Assembly: GCA_964353355.1 (NCBI GenBank)
Contig: CAYGVT010000070.1
Coordinates: 65,116 to 129,115, forward strand
Reading direction: 5' to 3'
Source of the DNA: an uncultured Thermoplasmata archaeon
Lineage (GTDB): Archaea > Thermoplasmatota > DTKX01 > GCA-020343715
DNA length: 64,000 bases
Shown here: piece after piece, positions 8,719 through 17,391 of the stretch
Layout of the letters: the number at the start of each line of letters is the position of its first letter
How positions within the stretch are numbered: the stretch's first letter is position 1
The notes under the pieces: model-generated
The model's input: only the letters and a program-made list of their open reading frames with translations
The model's database searches: none
Told to the model about the DNA's origin: nothing
Translations under genes and position numbers: made by a program

Positions 8719-10347
8719 ATGGCAGCGCTTGGGAGGCGGGGCCGGAGTGGCAGGGGGGCGGGCAGTGGAGCGGGCAGGGGGGTGGCCAGGGGGGGGGCCA
8801 GGGGGGTGGCCAGGGGGGTGGCCAGGGGGGCGGCCAAGGGAGCGGGCAGGGGGGCGGCCAGGGCGCGCGGCCCCGGCGTCGAGCTCGACCCCGTGGTCGA
8901 ACGCGTGCTCTCCCTCGCGCGACGCGCGAGGGGAGTGGACGAGGCCGAGGCCTACGCCGCGTGGAACGCGTTCACCATGGCGCGCATCGAGACCATGGGC
9001 TGGAGGGGGCACGCCACGGGACCGCGCGTCCAGCAGCTCAAGCGGCTCGATTCGTTCGGTGCGTCCGTGCGAGTGGTCGTCAAGGGCGCGGTCGGGACCG
9101 CGAACACCAGCGACCTGTCCGCGACAGGGCTCAGGCGGCTCGTCGACCGCGCGGTCGGCAGCGCCCGCATCATGCCGCCGGACCCCAACTTCGTCTCGTT
9201 GCCCATGCCCCTCAAGAGGCGTGCGGGCGCGCTGAGCGCCGACCGGGCCATACTCACCGGCGCGGTCGAGGAGCGACTGGCGGACGCCGCTGGGGCGGCC
9301 ATCGCGGCCGTGCCCGAGGGGCTCGAGCTCGCGGGCTCCATCATGGCGGTGGGCTCCGAGGTCTCGGTCGCGAACACGCACGGCGTCGACCTCCGAGGGC
9401 ACGTGGACACGTTCGTGGCCGCGCAGTTCACGGTCGAGCGCATGGACGGGCCCAGGGCCGCGTCCTCCGGCATGGGCTGGTCCACGGGCCGGGCCCTCAA
9501 GGACCTCGACGCCAAGGACGCGGCCGGGCAGGCCTCCGCCCTCGCGAGGGAGGTGCCCAGGGCGACGACGGTGCCCGAGGGCGATTACAACGTCATCATG
9601 GGCCAGTACACAGTCGCCGACGTGCTCGACAACATGATGCCCTACTCCATCGACCTCGGCGCCATCTACACCGGGATGTCCTGGATGCCCACCGAGCGAC
9701 GCAAGCTCGGGAACGGCCGCGAGGCCACGCACCCCCGCCTCGGCGAGCGGGTCGCCGTCGAGGGCTTCAACCTGACCGAGGACCCGACGCTGCCGAGGGG
9801 GATGCTCTCGCACGCGTTCGACGACGAGGGCTTGCCGTCCCGCAGGGTCGACCTCATCCGCGATGGGGTCTACGAGGATGTCATCGGCTCGACCTACTGG
9901 TCCTACCTCTACGGGCGCGAGCCCACCGGCAGCGCGCTGCGCAAGAGCACGGTGCCGGGCAGGTGCGCGTGCGCGGCGCCACGCGCAGGCGGCACGAACC
10001 TGGTCGTGGAGGCTGGCGACATGTCCTTCGAGGAGCTCGTGGAGGCCTCCAAGGGGCCCACGCTCTACATCCCGCGCACGTGGTACACCTACCCGACCCG
10101 CTACGGGGCCTCGGGCTTCTCGTCCTCGAACCGCTCCACCGCCTTCCTCGTGGAGCGCGGAAAGCTCGTGCCCGTCGCGCCCAATGCGTTCAAGCTCTCG
10201 GGCGACATCCTTGGCATCCTGGGCAGCATCTACGGCATCGGGAAGGAGCGCAAGACGGCGACGACCTGGGTCGCCATGCGCGCCCCCGTCGTGCCGATGC
10301 TCGCATGCCGCGGCGTCCGTGTGTCCAAGCCCGCGGGGGAGCGGTGA
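8719..10347 (+). CDS. pmbA: PmbA/TldE family protein (TldD paralog), start uncertain
   Basis: Conserved family N-terminus begins around VERVLSLARRARGVDEAEAYAAW (about nt 8890); ATG 8719 directly abuts the tldD stop but would add a Gly/Arg-rich 50-aa leader encoded by the G-rich repeat; a downstream GTG start (about 8893) is possible. Confidence 0.7.
   Translation: MAALGRRGRSGRGAGSGAGRGVARGGARGVARGVARGAAKGAGRGAARARGPGVELDPVVERVLSLARRARGVDEAEAYAAWNAFTMARIETMGWRGHATGPRVQQLKRLDSFGASVRVVVKGAVGTANTSDLSATGLRRLVDRAVGSARIMPPDPNFVSLPMPLKRRAGALSADRAILTGAVEERLADAAGAAIAAVPEGLELAGSIMAVGSEVSVANTHGVDLRGHVDTFVAAQFTVERMDGPRAASSGMGWSTGRALKDLDAKDAAGQASALAREVPRATTVPEGDYNVIMGQYTVADVLDNMMPYSIDLGAIYTGMSWMPTERRKLGNGREATHPRLGERVAVEGFNLTEDPTLPRGMLSHAFDDEGLPSRRVDLIRDGVYEDVIGSTYWSYLYGREPTGSALRKSTVPGRCACAAPRAGGTNLVVEAGDMSFEELVEASKGPTLYIPRTWYTYPTRYGASGFSSSNRSTAFLVERGKLVPVAPNAFKLSGDILGILGSIYGIGKERKTATTWVAMRAPVVPMLACRGVRVSKPAGER
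8749..8866. repeat. G-rich tandem repeat, about 9 units of 12-13 bp (consensus GGCCAGGGGGGTG)
   Basis: Direct visual repeat ggccaggggggtg ggccaggggggtg ggccaggggggcg...; period not a multiple of 3; G6-G9 runs. Confidence 0.7.
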
Positions 10348-10424
10348 GGGGCCCTCGCGGACCGGGCCCACATTCGCCCATCCCCTCGAACGCCTTATCT
10401 ACAGCGCCAGCGCTCACCCGGGCG

Positions 10425-12971
10425 ATGGTGGACCGGGCGTCCGATGACGTGGACCTGGTCGAGCTCCTGGAGCTCGTGCACTCGACCTGCCAGCAGGTCA
10501 TCGCCAGCGCGGGCTACGTCCACCGCAAGGGGCTGCAGCGGGCCCTGACGGCGCTGGGATGGAGCCTCGGCCTCGACCGCCTCGAGGGGCGCTCGGGGGG
10601 CCGCAAGGGCGTCGACGTCGTGCTCGGGCGCAAGGGCCGCCCCGCCGTCGCGGTCGCGGTCGACCCGGACCTGTCGGTCTCGCGCGCGCTTGGGCTGCTC
10701 GATTCGGGGGCGCCCGTGGGGGTGCTCGTGGTGGCCTCCGCCCTCGGCGAGGCCTGGCGCGACGGCCTGCCGGGGTTCGTCAAGGCGGCGACGCCCTCTC
10801 GTGGGGGGGCGCTCGCGCGGTCGGGCGTGCACGCGGTCCTCCTCAACCTCCGCCTCGAGGACGGTGACGTGGTCGAGGTGGGGGGCGACACGCCCGTTCG
10901 ATGGTCCCCGGTCGCCGACCTTCTGGCGGCAGGAGGGCTGACGGGTGACGTCGACCCCGTCCGCGTCATACAGGACCCCGGCTCGTCCGTTTCGCTCGGG
11001 CCGGGCGCGCGCGACAACGTCGACCGCGAGCTGTATCCGCTCTTCCCCTACGACCGCGTGCGCGCGGGCCAGCGCCAGTTCCTCGACGACGCGCGAGCCG
11101 CCTTCGAGCAGGGCAGCCTGCTGGTCGCGCACGCGCCCACGGGCATCGGCAAGACCGTGTCCGCGCTCGTGCCCGCCGTGCAGCACGCCCTCGACACGGG
11201 CCGCGTCGTGATGTTCCTCACGCCCAAGCAGTCGCAGCACCGCGTCGCTGTGGACACGCTGAGGCGGATGGCGGAGAGGTCCGGGAGGGACCTCAAGGTC
11301 GTGGACGTCATCGCAAAGCAGGCGATGTGCCCGCGCGTCGGGGGGGAGGAGCGCTACGCGGCCTTCCACGAGTTCTGCCGCGGCCAGGTCCGAGCGGGAA
11401 AGTGCACGCTCCACCTGCGCGGCAACGCGCAGGTCGTCAAGGCCGTCCACGGCCACATCATGCACGTCCACGAGCTCGTCGCGGCCTCGCGGCGCGCGCG
11501 CGTGTGCCCCCACAGGGTCGCGATGGACGCGGCCGCGGGCGCGAACGTGGTGGTGTGCGACTACAACTACGTGTTCACGCCGGAGCTCGCGGAGGCCGTC
11601 ATCGCGAGGCTGGAGCGCGGCTGGGAGGACGTGGTGCTCGTCGTGGACGAGGCGCACAACCTGCCCGACCGCGCGCGAGACGCCGCATCGGGCGCGCTGG
11701 GCACGCCGCTGCTCGAGCACGCCGTGCAGGAGCTGCGCGAGGCGAAGGCCTCGGGGCTGAGGGCGCTCCTTGAGCGGTTGTCCCTCCGGCTAGAGGCGCT
11801 CGCCGAGGGCCTGTCCGAGGGCGAGGAGCGCGAGCTCGAGGCGGCCGAGTGGGTGGGGGCGGTCGAATCCGAGATGGCCTCGGGCCTGGACAGGCTCTCC
11901 TATCAGGACCTCGTGGGGAAGCTGGAGGAGGAGGCAGAGACCCTCGCGGGGGACGACGAGCTCGGGGGCTCCGCCGTCGCGGAGGTGGCCTCCTTCATGG
12001 CGGGCTTCGTGCAGAGCGGCGAGGCCGTGCTGCGGCTCGTGTCCCGGAATGGGTCCGCGCGGCTCCGGTACGTCCTGCTCGACCCCTCCGTGGTCACCCG
12101 CGAGCGGTTCGCCTCCGTGCACGCGGCCGTGCTGATGTCGGGGACGCTCTGGCCCACGCGCATGTACGCCGACCTGCTGGGGCTCCCCGAGGACCGCCTG
12201 CGCCTGGGGGCCTACCGGTCGCCGTTCCCGCCCGAGAACCGGCTCCTTCTCGTCGACGGGGGCGTGACGACGCGGTACACGTCGCGAGGGCCCGAGATGT
12301 ACGCGCGCATCGTCGAGGGCGTGCGAGGGGTGATCTCGGCGACGCCCGGGAACGTGGCCGTGTTCGTGCCATCCTACGACATGCTGTCGCGCCTGAGCGA
12401 CGGGCTCGCCGGGGGGGAGGCGGTGGCCAAGGAGCTGCTCGTGGAGGAGCGCCGCATGGGCAAGCGCGACCGCGAGCGGCTGTGCGACCGCCTGGAGGAG
12501 CTCCGGGCGACGAGGGGAGGGGCGCTGCTGGGCGTCCAGGGGGGCTCGCTGTCGGAGGGCGTGGACTACCTGGAGAACCTCCTCAGCGCCGTCGTCGTCG
12601 TGGGGCTGCCGCTGGCGCCGCCGTCGAAGGAGGTGGACGCGCTCACGGCGCACTTCGACCGCAAGTTCGGCAAGGGGCGGGGCGAGGACTACGGCTACGT
12701 GAACCCGGCCATGAACCGCGTGGTCCAGGCCGCGGGCCGGCTCATCAGGACGGAGCGCGACCGGGGCGTGGTCGTGCTCATGGACGAGCGGTTCGTGCAG
12801 CCCCGCTACGCGCGTTGCCTCCCGCCGGACTGGGCGCTGCGGCCGGCCAAGGACCTGGGTGCGGAGGTCGCCGCGTTCTTCTCCCCCTCATCCGCGCCAG
12901 GCAGGGCCGCTCAGGATTGTGGGGGCGGGGCGCGACCTACCGCTTCCGGCAGGCGCTCACGAAGTCGATGA
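10425..12971 (+). CDS. xpd: XPD/Rad3-family 5'-3' DNA helicase (FeS-cluster, DEAH) with about 200-aa N-terminal extension
   Basis: Motif I AHAPTGIGKTVSALVPAV; four-Cys FeS domain (CPRV..C..C..CPH); DEAH box VVDEAHNL; motifs III SGTL, V GGSLSEGVDY, VI QAAGRLIRT; N-terminal extension resembles the Hjc resolvase fold (see findings). Confidence 0.85.
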   Translation: MVDRASDDVDLVELLELVHSTCQQVIASAGYVHRKGLQRALTALGWSLGLDRLEGRSGGRKGVDVVLGRKGRPAVAVAVDPDLSVSRALGLLDSGAPVGVLVVASALGEAWRDGLPGFVKAATPSRGGALARSGVHAVLLNLRLEDGDVVEVGGDTPVRWSPVADLLAAGGLTGDVDPVRVIQDPGSSVSLGPGARDNVDRELYPLFPYDRVRAGQRQFLDDARAAFEQGSLLVAHAPTGIGKTVSALVPAVQHALDTGRVVMFLTPKQSQHRVAVDTLRRMAERSGRDLKVVDVIAKQAMCPRVGGEERYAAFHEFCRGQVRAGKCTLHLRGNAQVVKAVHGHIMHVHELVAASRRARVCPHRVAMDAAAGANVVVCDYNYVFTPELAEAVIARLERGWEDVVLVVDEAHNLPDRARDAASGALGTPLLEHAVQELREAKASGLRALLERLSLRLEALAEGLSEGEERELEAAEWVGAVESEMASGLDRLSYQDLVGKLEEEAETLAGDDELGGSAVAEVASFMAGFVQSGEAVLRLVSRNGSARLRYVLLDPSVVTRERFASVHAAVLMSGTLWPTRMYADLLGLPEDRLRLGAYRSPFPPENRLLLVDGGVTTRYTSRGPEMYARIVEGVRGVISATPGNVAVFVPSYDMLSRLSDGLAGGEAVAKELLVEERRMGKRDRERLCDRLEELRATRGGALLGVQGGSLSEGVDYLENLLSAVVVVGLPLAPPSKEVDALTAHFDRKFGKGRGEDYGYVNPAMNRVVQAAGRLIRTERDRGVVVLMDERFVQPRYARCLPPDWALRPAKDLGAEVAAFFSPSSAPGRAAQDCGGGARPTASGRRSRSR

Positions 12972-13521
12972 AGTTGCGGAAGATGTCGTAGCCGTGCTCG
13001 GTCTGCTCCACCTCGGGGTGGAACTGCGTGCCGAACCATGGCCGCGCGTCGTGCGCGAATGCCTGCACGCCGCACGAGTCGCTGCGCGCGATGGCGCGGA
13101 AGCCCTGCGGGAGGCGCTTCACCTCGTCGTTGTGCGACTCCCAGGCCACGAACCTCCGCGGGACGCCCTTGAAGAGCGTGTCCTCCTCGAGCACATCAAC
13201 CTCGATGCGGCCGAACTCGGGGACCTCCGCGGGGCCGGCCTCGCCGCCGAGGTGCAGCGCCATGAACTGGAAGCCCACGCAGATGCCGAGAATCGGGATG
13301 GTGCCGTCGTCGAGGTAGTCGCCGATGGCGCCGAGCTTGGCGGCCTCCGAGCCGATGCGGGGCGCGCCGCCCGACAGCACGAGGGCGTCGGATTTGATGC
13401 CCGCGAGCGGCGTGGTGTTGGGGACTATGTCGGTCCGGACGTCCAGGTAGCGCAGAACGCGCCACTCGCGGTGCGTCCACTGCCCGCCGTTGTCCACCAC
13501 GTCTATGCGCAGGTCCGTCAT
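12937..13521 (-). CDS. guaAA: GMP synthase [glutamine-hydrolysing] subunit A (class I glutamine amidotransferase)
   Basis: GATase triad motifs GICVGFQ ... HPE; 194 aa; convergent 35-bp overlap with the xpd 3' end. Confidence 0.85.
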   Translation of the reverse strand: MTDLRIDVVDNGGQWTHREWRVLRYLDVRTDIVPNTTPLAGIKSDALVLSGGAPRIGSEAAKLGAIGDYLDDGTIPILGICVGFQFMALHLGGEAGPAEVPEFGRIEVDVLEEDTLFKGVPRRFVAWESHNDEVKRLPQGFRAIARSDSCGVQAFAHDARPWFGTQFHPEVEQTEHGYDIFRNFIDFVSACRKR

Positions 13522-13552
13522 CCCGGGCGTCCCCTGGGCGCGCGGCATACCA

Positions 13553-14488
13553 TCACTGGGAGGGCCGCGTGCGCATCCATTCCAGGGTGCGGGACAGCCC
13601 CTCGGGTAGTTTAACCCTTGCCTCGAACCCGAGGCGCTCGCGCGCGCGATCCACGCGCGCGACCGAGTGACGGATGTCGCCCGGCCTCGGGGGGCCGTGC
13701 CTGACGCGGGACCGCCCGCCAGCCAGGGCGTTGACCTCGGTCGCCAGGGCGTCTATCGTCGTGCCCATGCCCGTGGCGATGTTGATGGGCTCGCAGGCCG
13801 CCTCTGGCCTCAGGAGCGCGCGCTCGACCGCCTCGGTCACGTCCGTCACGCTCACGAAGTCGCGCGTCTGAGCGCCGTCGCCGTGCACCACGAGGTCCTC
13901 CTCCGCGAGCGCCGCCCTGGCGAAGACCGAGATGACGCCCGAGTAGGGGCTCCTGGGATGCTGGCGGGGGCCGTAGACGTTGAAGAACCGCAGCGGGGCC
14001 ACGCGCATGCCCGTGTGGGCAGCGTAGTGGTGCGCGAGCTGGTCCACCGCGAGCTTTCCCGCGCCGTAGGGCGAGATGGGCCGCGCGGGGGCGTCCTCGG
14101 CCACCGGGGGCGGGAGCTCGCCGTAGACGGCCGCGGACGAGGCCACGACCACCACCCGGGCGCCAGCGGCGGCCAGCGCCTCCAGGACGCGGACCGAGCC
14201 CAGCACGTTGGTCTCCCAGTAGAGGGCGGGGTCCCTCACCGAGGCCGCGACGTCGGTGCGGGCGGCCAGGTGCACTCCGTGGGTGATGCCGGCGAGCGCC
14301 TCGCGGGGCGCGCGGGGCGCGTCGCAGACGTGGACCTCGAGCCCCTGGCGCCCCTCGAGGTGCCGCAGGTTCCCCATGTCGCCCGTGGACAGGTCGTCGA
14401 CGACGACGACCTCCGCGCCCCCGTCGAGCAGCCGCTCGACGATGTGGGAGCCGATGAACCCGGCGCCGCCGGTGACCAGCACCCTCAT
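13553..14488 (-). CDS. NAD-dependent epimerase/dehydratase (UDP-glucose 4-epimerase family)
   Basis: Rossmann motif VLVTGGAGFIGSHIV, catalytic SPYGAGK (YxxxK), 311 aa. Confidence 0.85.
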   Translation of the reverse strand: MRVLVTGGAGFIGSHIVERLLDGGAEVVVVDDLSTGDMGNLRHLEGRQGLEVHVCDAPRAPREALAGITHGVHLAARTDVAASVRDPALYWETNVLGSVRVLEALAAAGARVVVVASSAAVYGELPPPVAEDAPARPISPYGAGKLAVDQLAHHYAAHTGMRVAPLRFFNVYGPRQHPRSPYSGVISVFARAALAEEDLVVHGDGAQTRDFVSVTDVTEAVERALLRPEAACEPINIATGMGTTIDALATEVNALAGGRSRVRHGPPRPGDIRHSVARVDRARERLGFEARVKLPEGLSRTLEWMRTRPSQ

Positions 14489-14525
14489 GCCGCCCAGGCG
14501 GGGCATGGCGGGGCGCCTCGCGCGC

Positions 14526-15347
14526 TCAGACGTAGCGGTCGCAGTCGTAGCAGTAGTAGCGCTGGTACTCCTCGATCCACTCGGTGGGCTTGCCGCAGGA
14601 GGAGCACAGGGGCGCGCTCGTCAGGTCCGTCGGGGCCTGGGGCTGCGGCTGCGCCTGGGCGGCCACGTCGCCGTAGGCGGCCGCGCCGCCGCCGTAGGCG
14701 GCCTGCGCGTAGTCGCTCGCGTAGATGCTCTGCTGCTCCGTGTAGCCCGTGGCGTAGGCCGCCCTGGAGTCGGCGCCGGCGCCCGCGCCCGCGGCCATCG
14801 GCTCGGGGCCGAAGGCGGGGCGCGGCCGTCCGCGCGGCGCGTCCTCGAGGAGCAGGCCGAACAGGTCGAAGTCGTTCCTGGCATACATGAGGTAGACGAA
14901 CAGGAGCATCAGGCCAGCGATCACGAGGCCAGGCGAGGGGATGAGCCCGATGATGGCGAGGGGCAGCGCAAGCATCTTGACCAGGGGCTTCTTGTCCTCG
15001 TTCACGGCCCCTATGACCTTGAAGAAGAGGAGGATGAAGCCGATGATGCCCAGGATGCCCGTCACCAGGAAGAAGCTGCCCAGGACGACGTTGGTGCGGA
15101 GGTTCTCCTCCGTCCACATCCCAGCGTCGGTGTAGGCGCCGTCGAAGGTCGATCGCCACCAGAGGTATCGGTAGAGATGGCCAACGCCGTTGTACATCGC
15201 CGCGATCCCCACGACGAGGAAGACGAGCAGCGAGAAGTAGACGAGGCGCTTGGCGTGGATCTTGCGCTTTGCGTCCGAAACGGCCATTTCTCCAGCCTCC
15301 GGCCTGTACGCCCGCCAGGTCTCCCCCAGGGTTGCCACAGTATCCAA
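14526..15347 (-). CDS. Polytopic membrane protein with C-terminal zinc-ribbon (CSSCGKP...CYDC)
   Basis: 4-5 hydrophobic helices, Ala/Gly/Tyr/Gln low-complexity linker, terminal CxxCG-x12-CxxC ribbon. Confidence 0.55.
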   Translation of the reverse strand: MDTVATLGETWRAYRPEAGEMAVSDAKRKIHAKRLVYFSLLVFLVVGIAAMYNGVGHLYRYLWWRSTFDGAYTDAGMWTEENLRTNVVLGSFFLVTGILGIIGFILLFFKVIGAVNEDKKPLVKMLALPLAIIGLIPSPGLVIAGLMLLFVYLMYARNDFDLFGLLLEDAPRGRPRPAFGPEPMAAGAGAGADSRAAYATGYTEQQSIYASDYAQAAYGGGAAAYGDVAAQAQPQPQAPTDLTSAPLCSSCGKPTEWIEEYQRYYCYDCDRYV

Positions 15348-15395
15348 CTGGCCAGTGTGACCCCGGCTAGGCGTTAGGGAAATACGCTGGAGCTA

Positions 15396-15410
15396 CAAAT
15401 ATTTATCTAT
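15396..15410. promoter_or_regulatory. Bidirectional AT-rich TATA region (caaatatttatctat) between divergent genes
   Basis: Centre is about 29 bp upstream of mvk ATG 15432 (leaderless) and about 55 bp upstream of the minus-strand start 15347. Confidence 0.4.
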
Positions 15411-15431
15411 TCAGGTGACGTAGGCCTGGCC

Positions 15432-16385
15432 ATGGTCCAGACGAGCGCGCCAGGCAAGGTGATTCTCTTCGGCGAGCACGCCGTCGTCTACGGAGAGAGC
15501 GCCATCGCGCTCGCCGTCTCGCTCCGGTTCCGGATGGGGGTCGAGGTGCGCGATAGCCCCCGCGCCCGCGCGCACCGCGTGGACGGGCGCCGTGTCGAGG
15601 GGCGGCACCACCGCTACTTCATGCACGCGCTCGAGGCGAACTGGAAGGGAGGGCCCCTGGACATCACCACGAAGTCGGAGATACCGTCCGCCTCCGGCAT
15701 GGGCTCCTCGGCCGCGCTCACCGTGTCGCTCCTGGGCGCGCTCACCGAGCTGGACGGGGGGAGCATCGACTCCGAGCGCGAGCGCATCGCGCGCGTCGCC
15801 TTCGACACCGAGTACGGAGTCCAGGGTCGCGCGTCGCCGACCGACACCTCGACGGCGACCTTCGGCCAGGGCATCCTGCTGGCCAAGCGGGCGATGCCGG
15901 GCCTGCTCATGCACGTGCAGCGCGGCACCGCGGAGTGGTTCGTCCACTCCATCAAGGTCCCCCGGCTCAACATCGTCGTGGGCTACACGGGCGAGAAGTC
16001 CGGCACGGCCGACATGGTGGCCAAGGTCCGCAAGGCCTACGACCGCAGCGCCTTCATAAGGGACACCGTCAAGGAGATCGGCAAGGTGGCCATGGAGGGG
16101 CTCGCCGCGCTCGAGCGCGAGGACGTCGCCCGGCTGGGGGAGCTGATGGACCGCAACCACCAGCTGCTCTACAACCTGGGGGTGAGCCACCCCAAGCTCG
16201 ACCGCCTGGTGGCGGCCGCGCGCCCCCACAGCCACGGGGCGAAGCTCACGGGCAAGGGTGGCGGCGGCTCGATGATCGCCATCACCGACGAGCCCGACGA
16301 GGTCGCCAGGGCCATCAAGGCCGCGGGGGGCGAGCCCTACATCGCAAAGATGGGCGTGCCAGGGGTCAGCCGGGACGGGGACTGA
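15432..16385 (+). CDS. mvk: Mevalonate kinase (GHMP kinase family)
   Basis: PGKVILFGEHAVVYG N-terminal motif and GHMP motif PSASGMGSSAA; 317 aa. Confidence 0.85.
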   Translation: MVQTSAPGKVILFGEHAVVYGESAIALAVSLRFRMGVEVRDSPRARAHRVDGRRVEGRHHRYFMHALEANWKGGPLDITTKSEIPSASGMGSSAALTVSLLGALTELDGGSIDSERERIARVAFDTEYGVQGRASPTDTSTATFGQGILLAKRAMPGLLMHVQRGTAEWFVHSIKVPRLNIVVGYTGEKSGTADMVAKVRKAYDRSAFIRDTVKEIGKVAMEGLAALEREDVARLGELMDRNHQLLYNLGVSHPKLDRLVAAARPHSHGAKLTGKGGGGSMIAITDEPDEVARAIKAAGGEPYIAKMGVPGVSRDGD

Positions 16386-16505
16386 GGACCGGGTCGCGAC
16401 ACATCCCCCCCGGGGCGGGGTGACGGATGGTCGGGGTCGGGCCCCGCCAGGGCGCTCCCGCGACCCGCCTGGACGGTTCTCCCAGTTTGGAATCGTGCGC
16501 GAAGC

Positions 16506-16515
16506 CTTTTAAATG
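16506..16515 (+). promoter_or_regulatory. TATA box (cttttaaatg) about 26 bp upstream of the GTG start of the ABC ATPase
   Basis: AT-rich motif at canonical distance from a leaderless GTG start 16536. Confidence 0.4.
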
Positions 16516-16535
16516 CCCATCCGGTAGCCTGGCAC

Positions 16536-17378
16536 GTGACCGCGGCAGGCGACCCCCTCGCGATAGAGGCCCGTGGCCTCGGCAAGGCCTACGGCAAGCT
16601 CATGGCGCTGCGCGATGTCGACCTCGCCATCGGGCGGGGTGAGTTCTTCGGCCTGTTCGGCCCCAACGGGGCTGGCAAGACCACGATGCTGCGCATCCTC
16701 ACGGGGCAGATCGCCCCCTCCGCGGGCACCGCCTCGGTGCTGGGGCTTGTGCTGCCCGACAAGGGCGTCGAGGTCCGCGCCAAGGTCGGGGTCGTCCCCG
16801 AGTTCGAGTCGCCGCCCTCCTTCCTGACGGGCGAGGAGTACCTGCTGTTCGTGTGCCGCGCGCGCGGCATCACGGACGGCAAGCGCAGGGCCGACCGCTG
16901 GCTCGAGTTCTTCGCGCTCTCCGACAGGCGCGACCTGCTGTGCAAGGACATGTCCAAGGGCATGCGCCAGAAGGTCATGCTCGCGGCCGCGTTCATCCAC
17001 GAGCCCGAGCTCCTCTTCCTGGACGAGCCATTCATCAACCTGGACCCGCTCTACCAGAAGCGGGTGCAGGAGTACCTGCGCGAGTACCTCTCCGGCGGCG
17101 GGACCGTTTTCATGTGCTCGCACCTGCTCGAGATAGCCGAGCGACTGTGCACGCGCATCGCCGTGGTCAAGCGCGGCTCCCTCGTGGCCATGGGCACGCT
17201 CGCCGAGCTCAAGCGACCGGGCGAGTCCGGCCTGGGCGACGTTTTCATGCGCCTGGTCGGCGACGAGCTCGACGGCCACGTGGCCGGGCCCGCGACCACA
17301 TCGGCGGTCGCGGCGGCGGCCACCACCGGCGCGACCACCGCGGCCGACGGCGGCGTCGAGGGGCCTTCCGACGGGTAG
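16536..17378 (+). CDS. ABC transporter ATP-binding protein
   Basis: Walker A GPNGAGKTT, signature MSKGMRQK, Walker B LLFLDEP; GTG start. Confidence 0.85.
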   Translation: MTAAGDPLAIEARGLGKAYGKLMALRDVDLAIGRGEFFGLFGPNGAGKTTMLRILTGQIAPSAGTASVLGLVLPDKGVEVRAKVGVVPEFESPPSFLTGEEYLLFVCRARGITDGKRRADRWLEFFALSDRRDLLCKDMSKGMRQKVMLAAAFIHEPELLFLDEPFINLDPLYQKRVQEYLREYLSGGGTVFMCSHLLEIAERLCTRIAVVKRGSLVAMGTLAELKRPGESGLGDVFMRLVGDELDGHVAGPATTSAVAAAATTGATTAADGGVEGPSDG

Positions 17379-17391
17379 GGGGTGGGACGGG

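Noticed and set aside
7183-10371. 1062-aa minus-strand ORF spanning tldD and pmbA
   Set aside because: Antisense to two motif-supported genes; Arg/Gly/Pro/Ala-rich composition typical of stop-free alternative frames in about 68%-GC DNA
7449-10424. 5' two-thirds of the 1840-aa plus-strand ORF upstream of the XPD helicase
   Set aside because: Overlaps tldD/pmbA in another frame; only the segment from ATG 10425 onward carries helicase motifs, and the remainder is run-on open frame
10395-11720. 441-aa minus-strand ORF inside xpd
   Set aside because: Antisense to conserved helicase motifs; low-complexity Arg/His/Asp-rich
12859-14890. Plus-strand ORFs of 251 aa and 407 aa
   Set aside because: Antisense to guaAA and the epimerase, both with clear catalytic motifs
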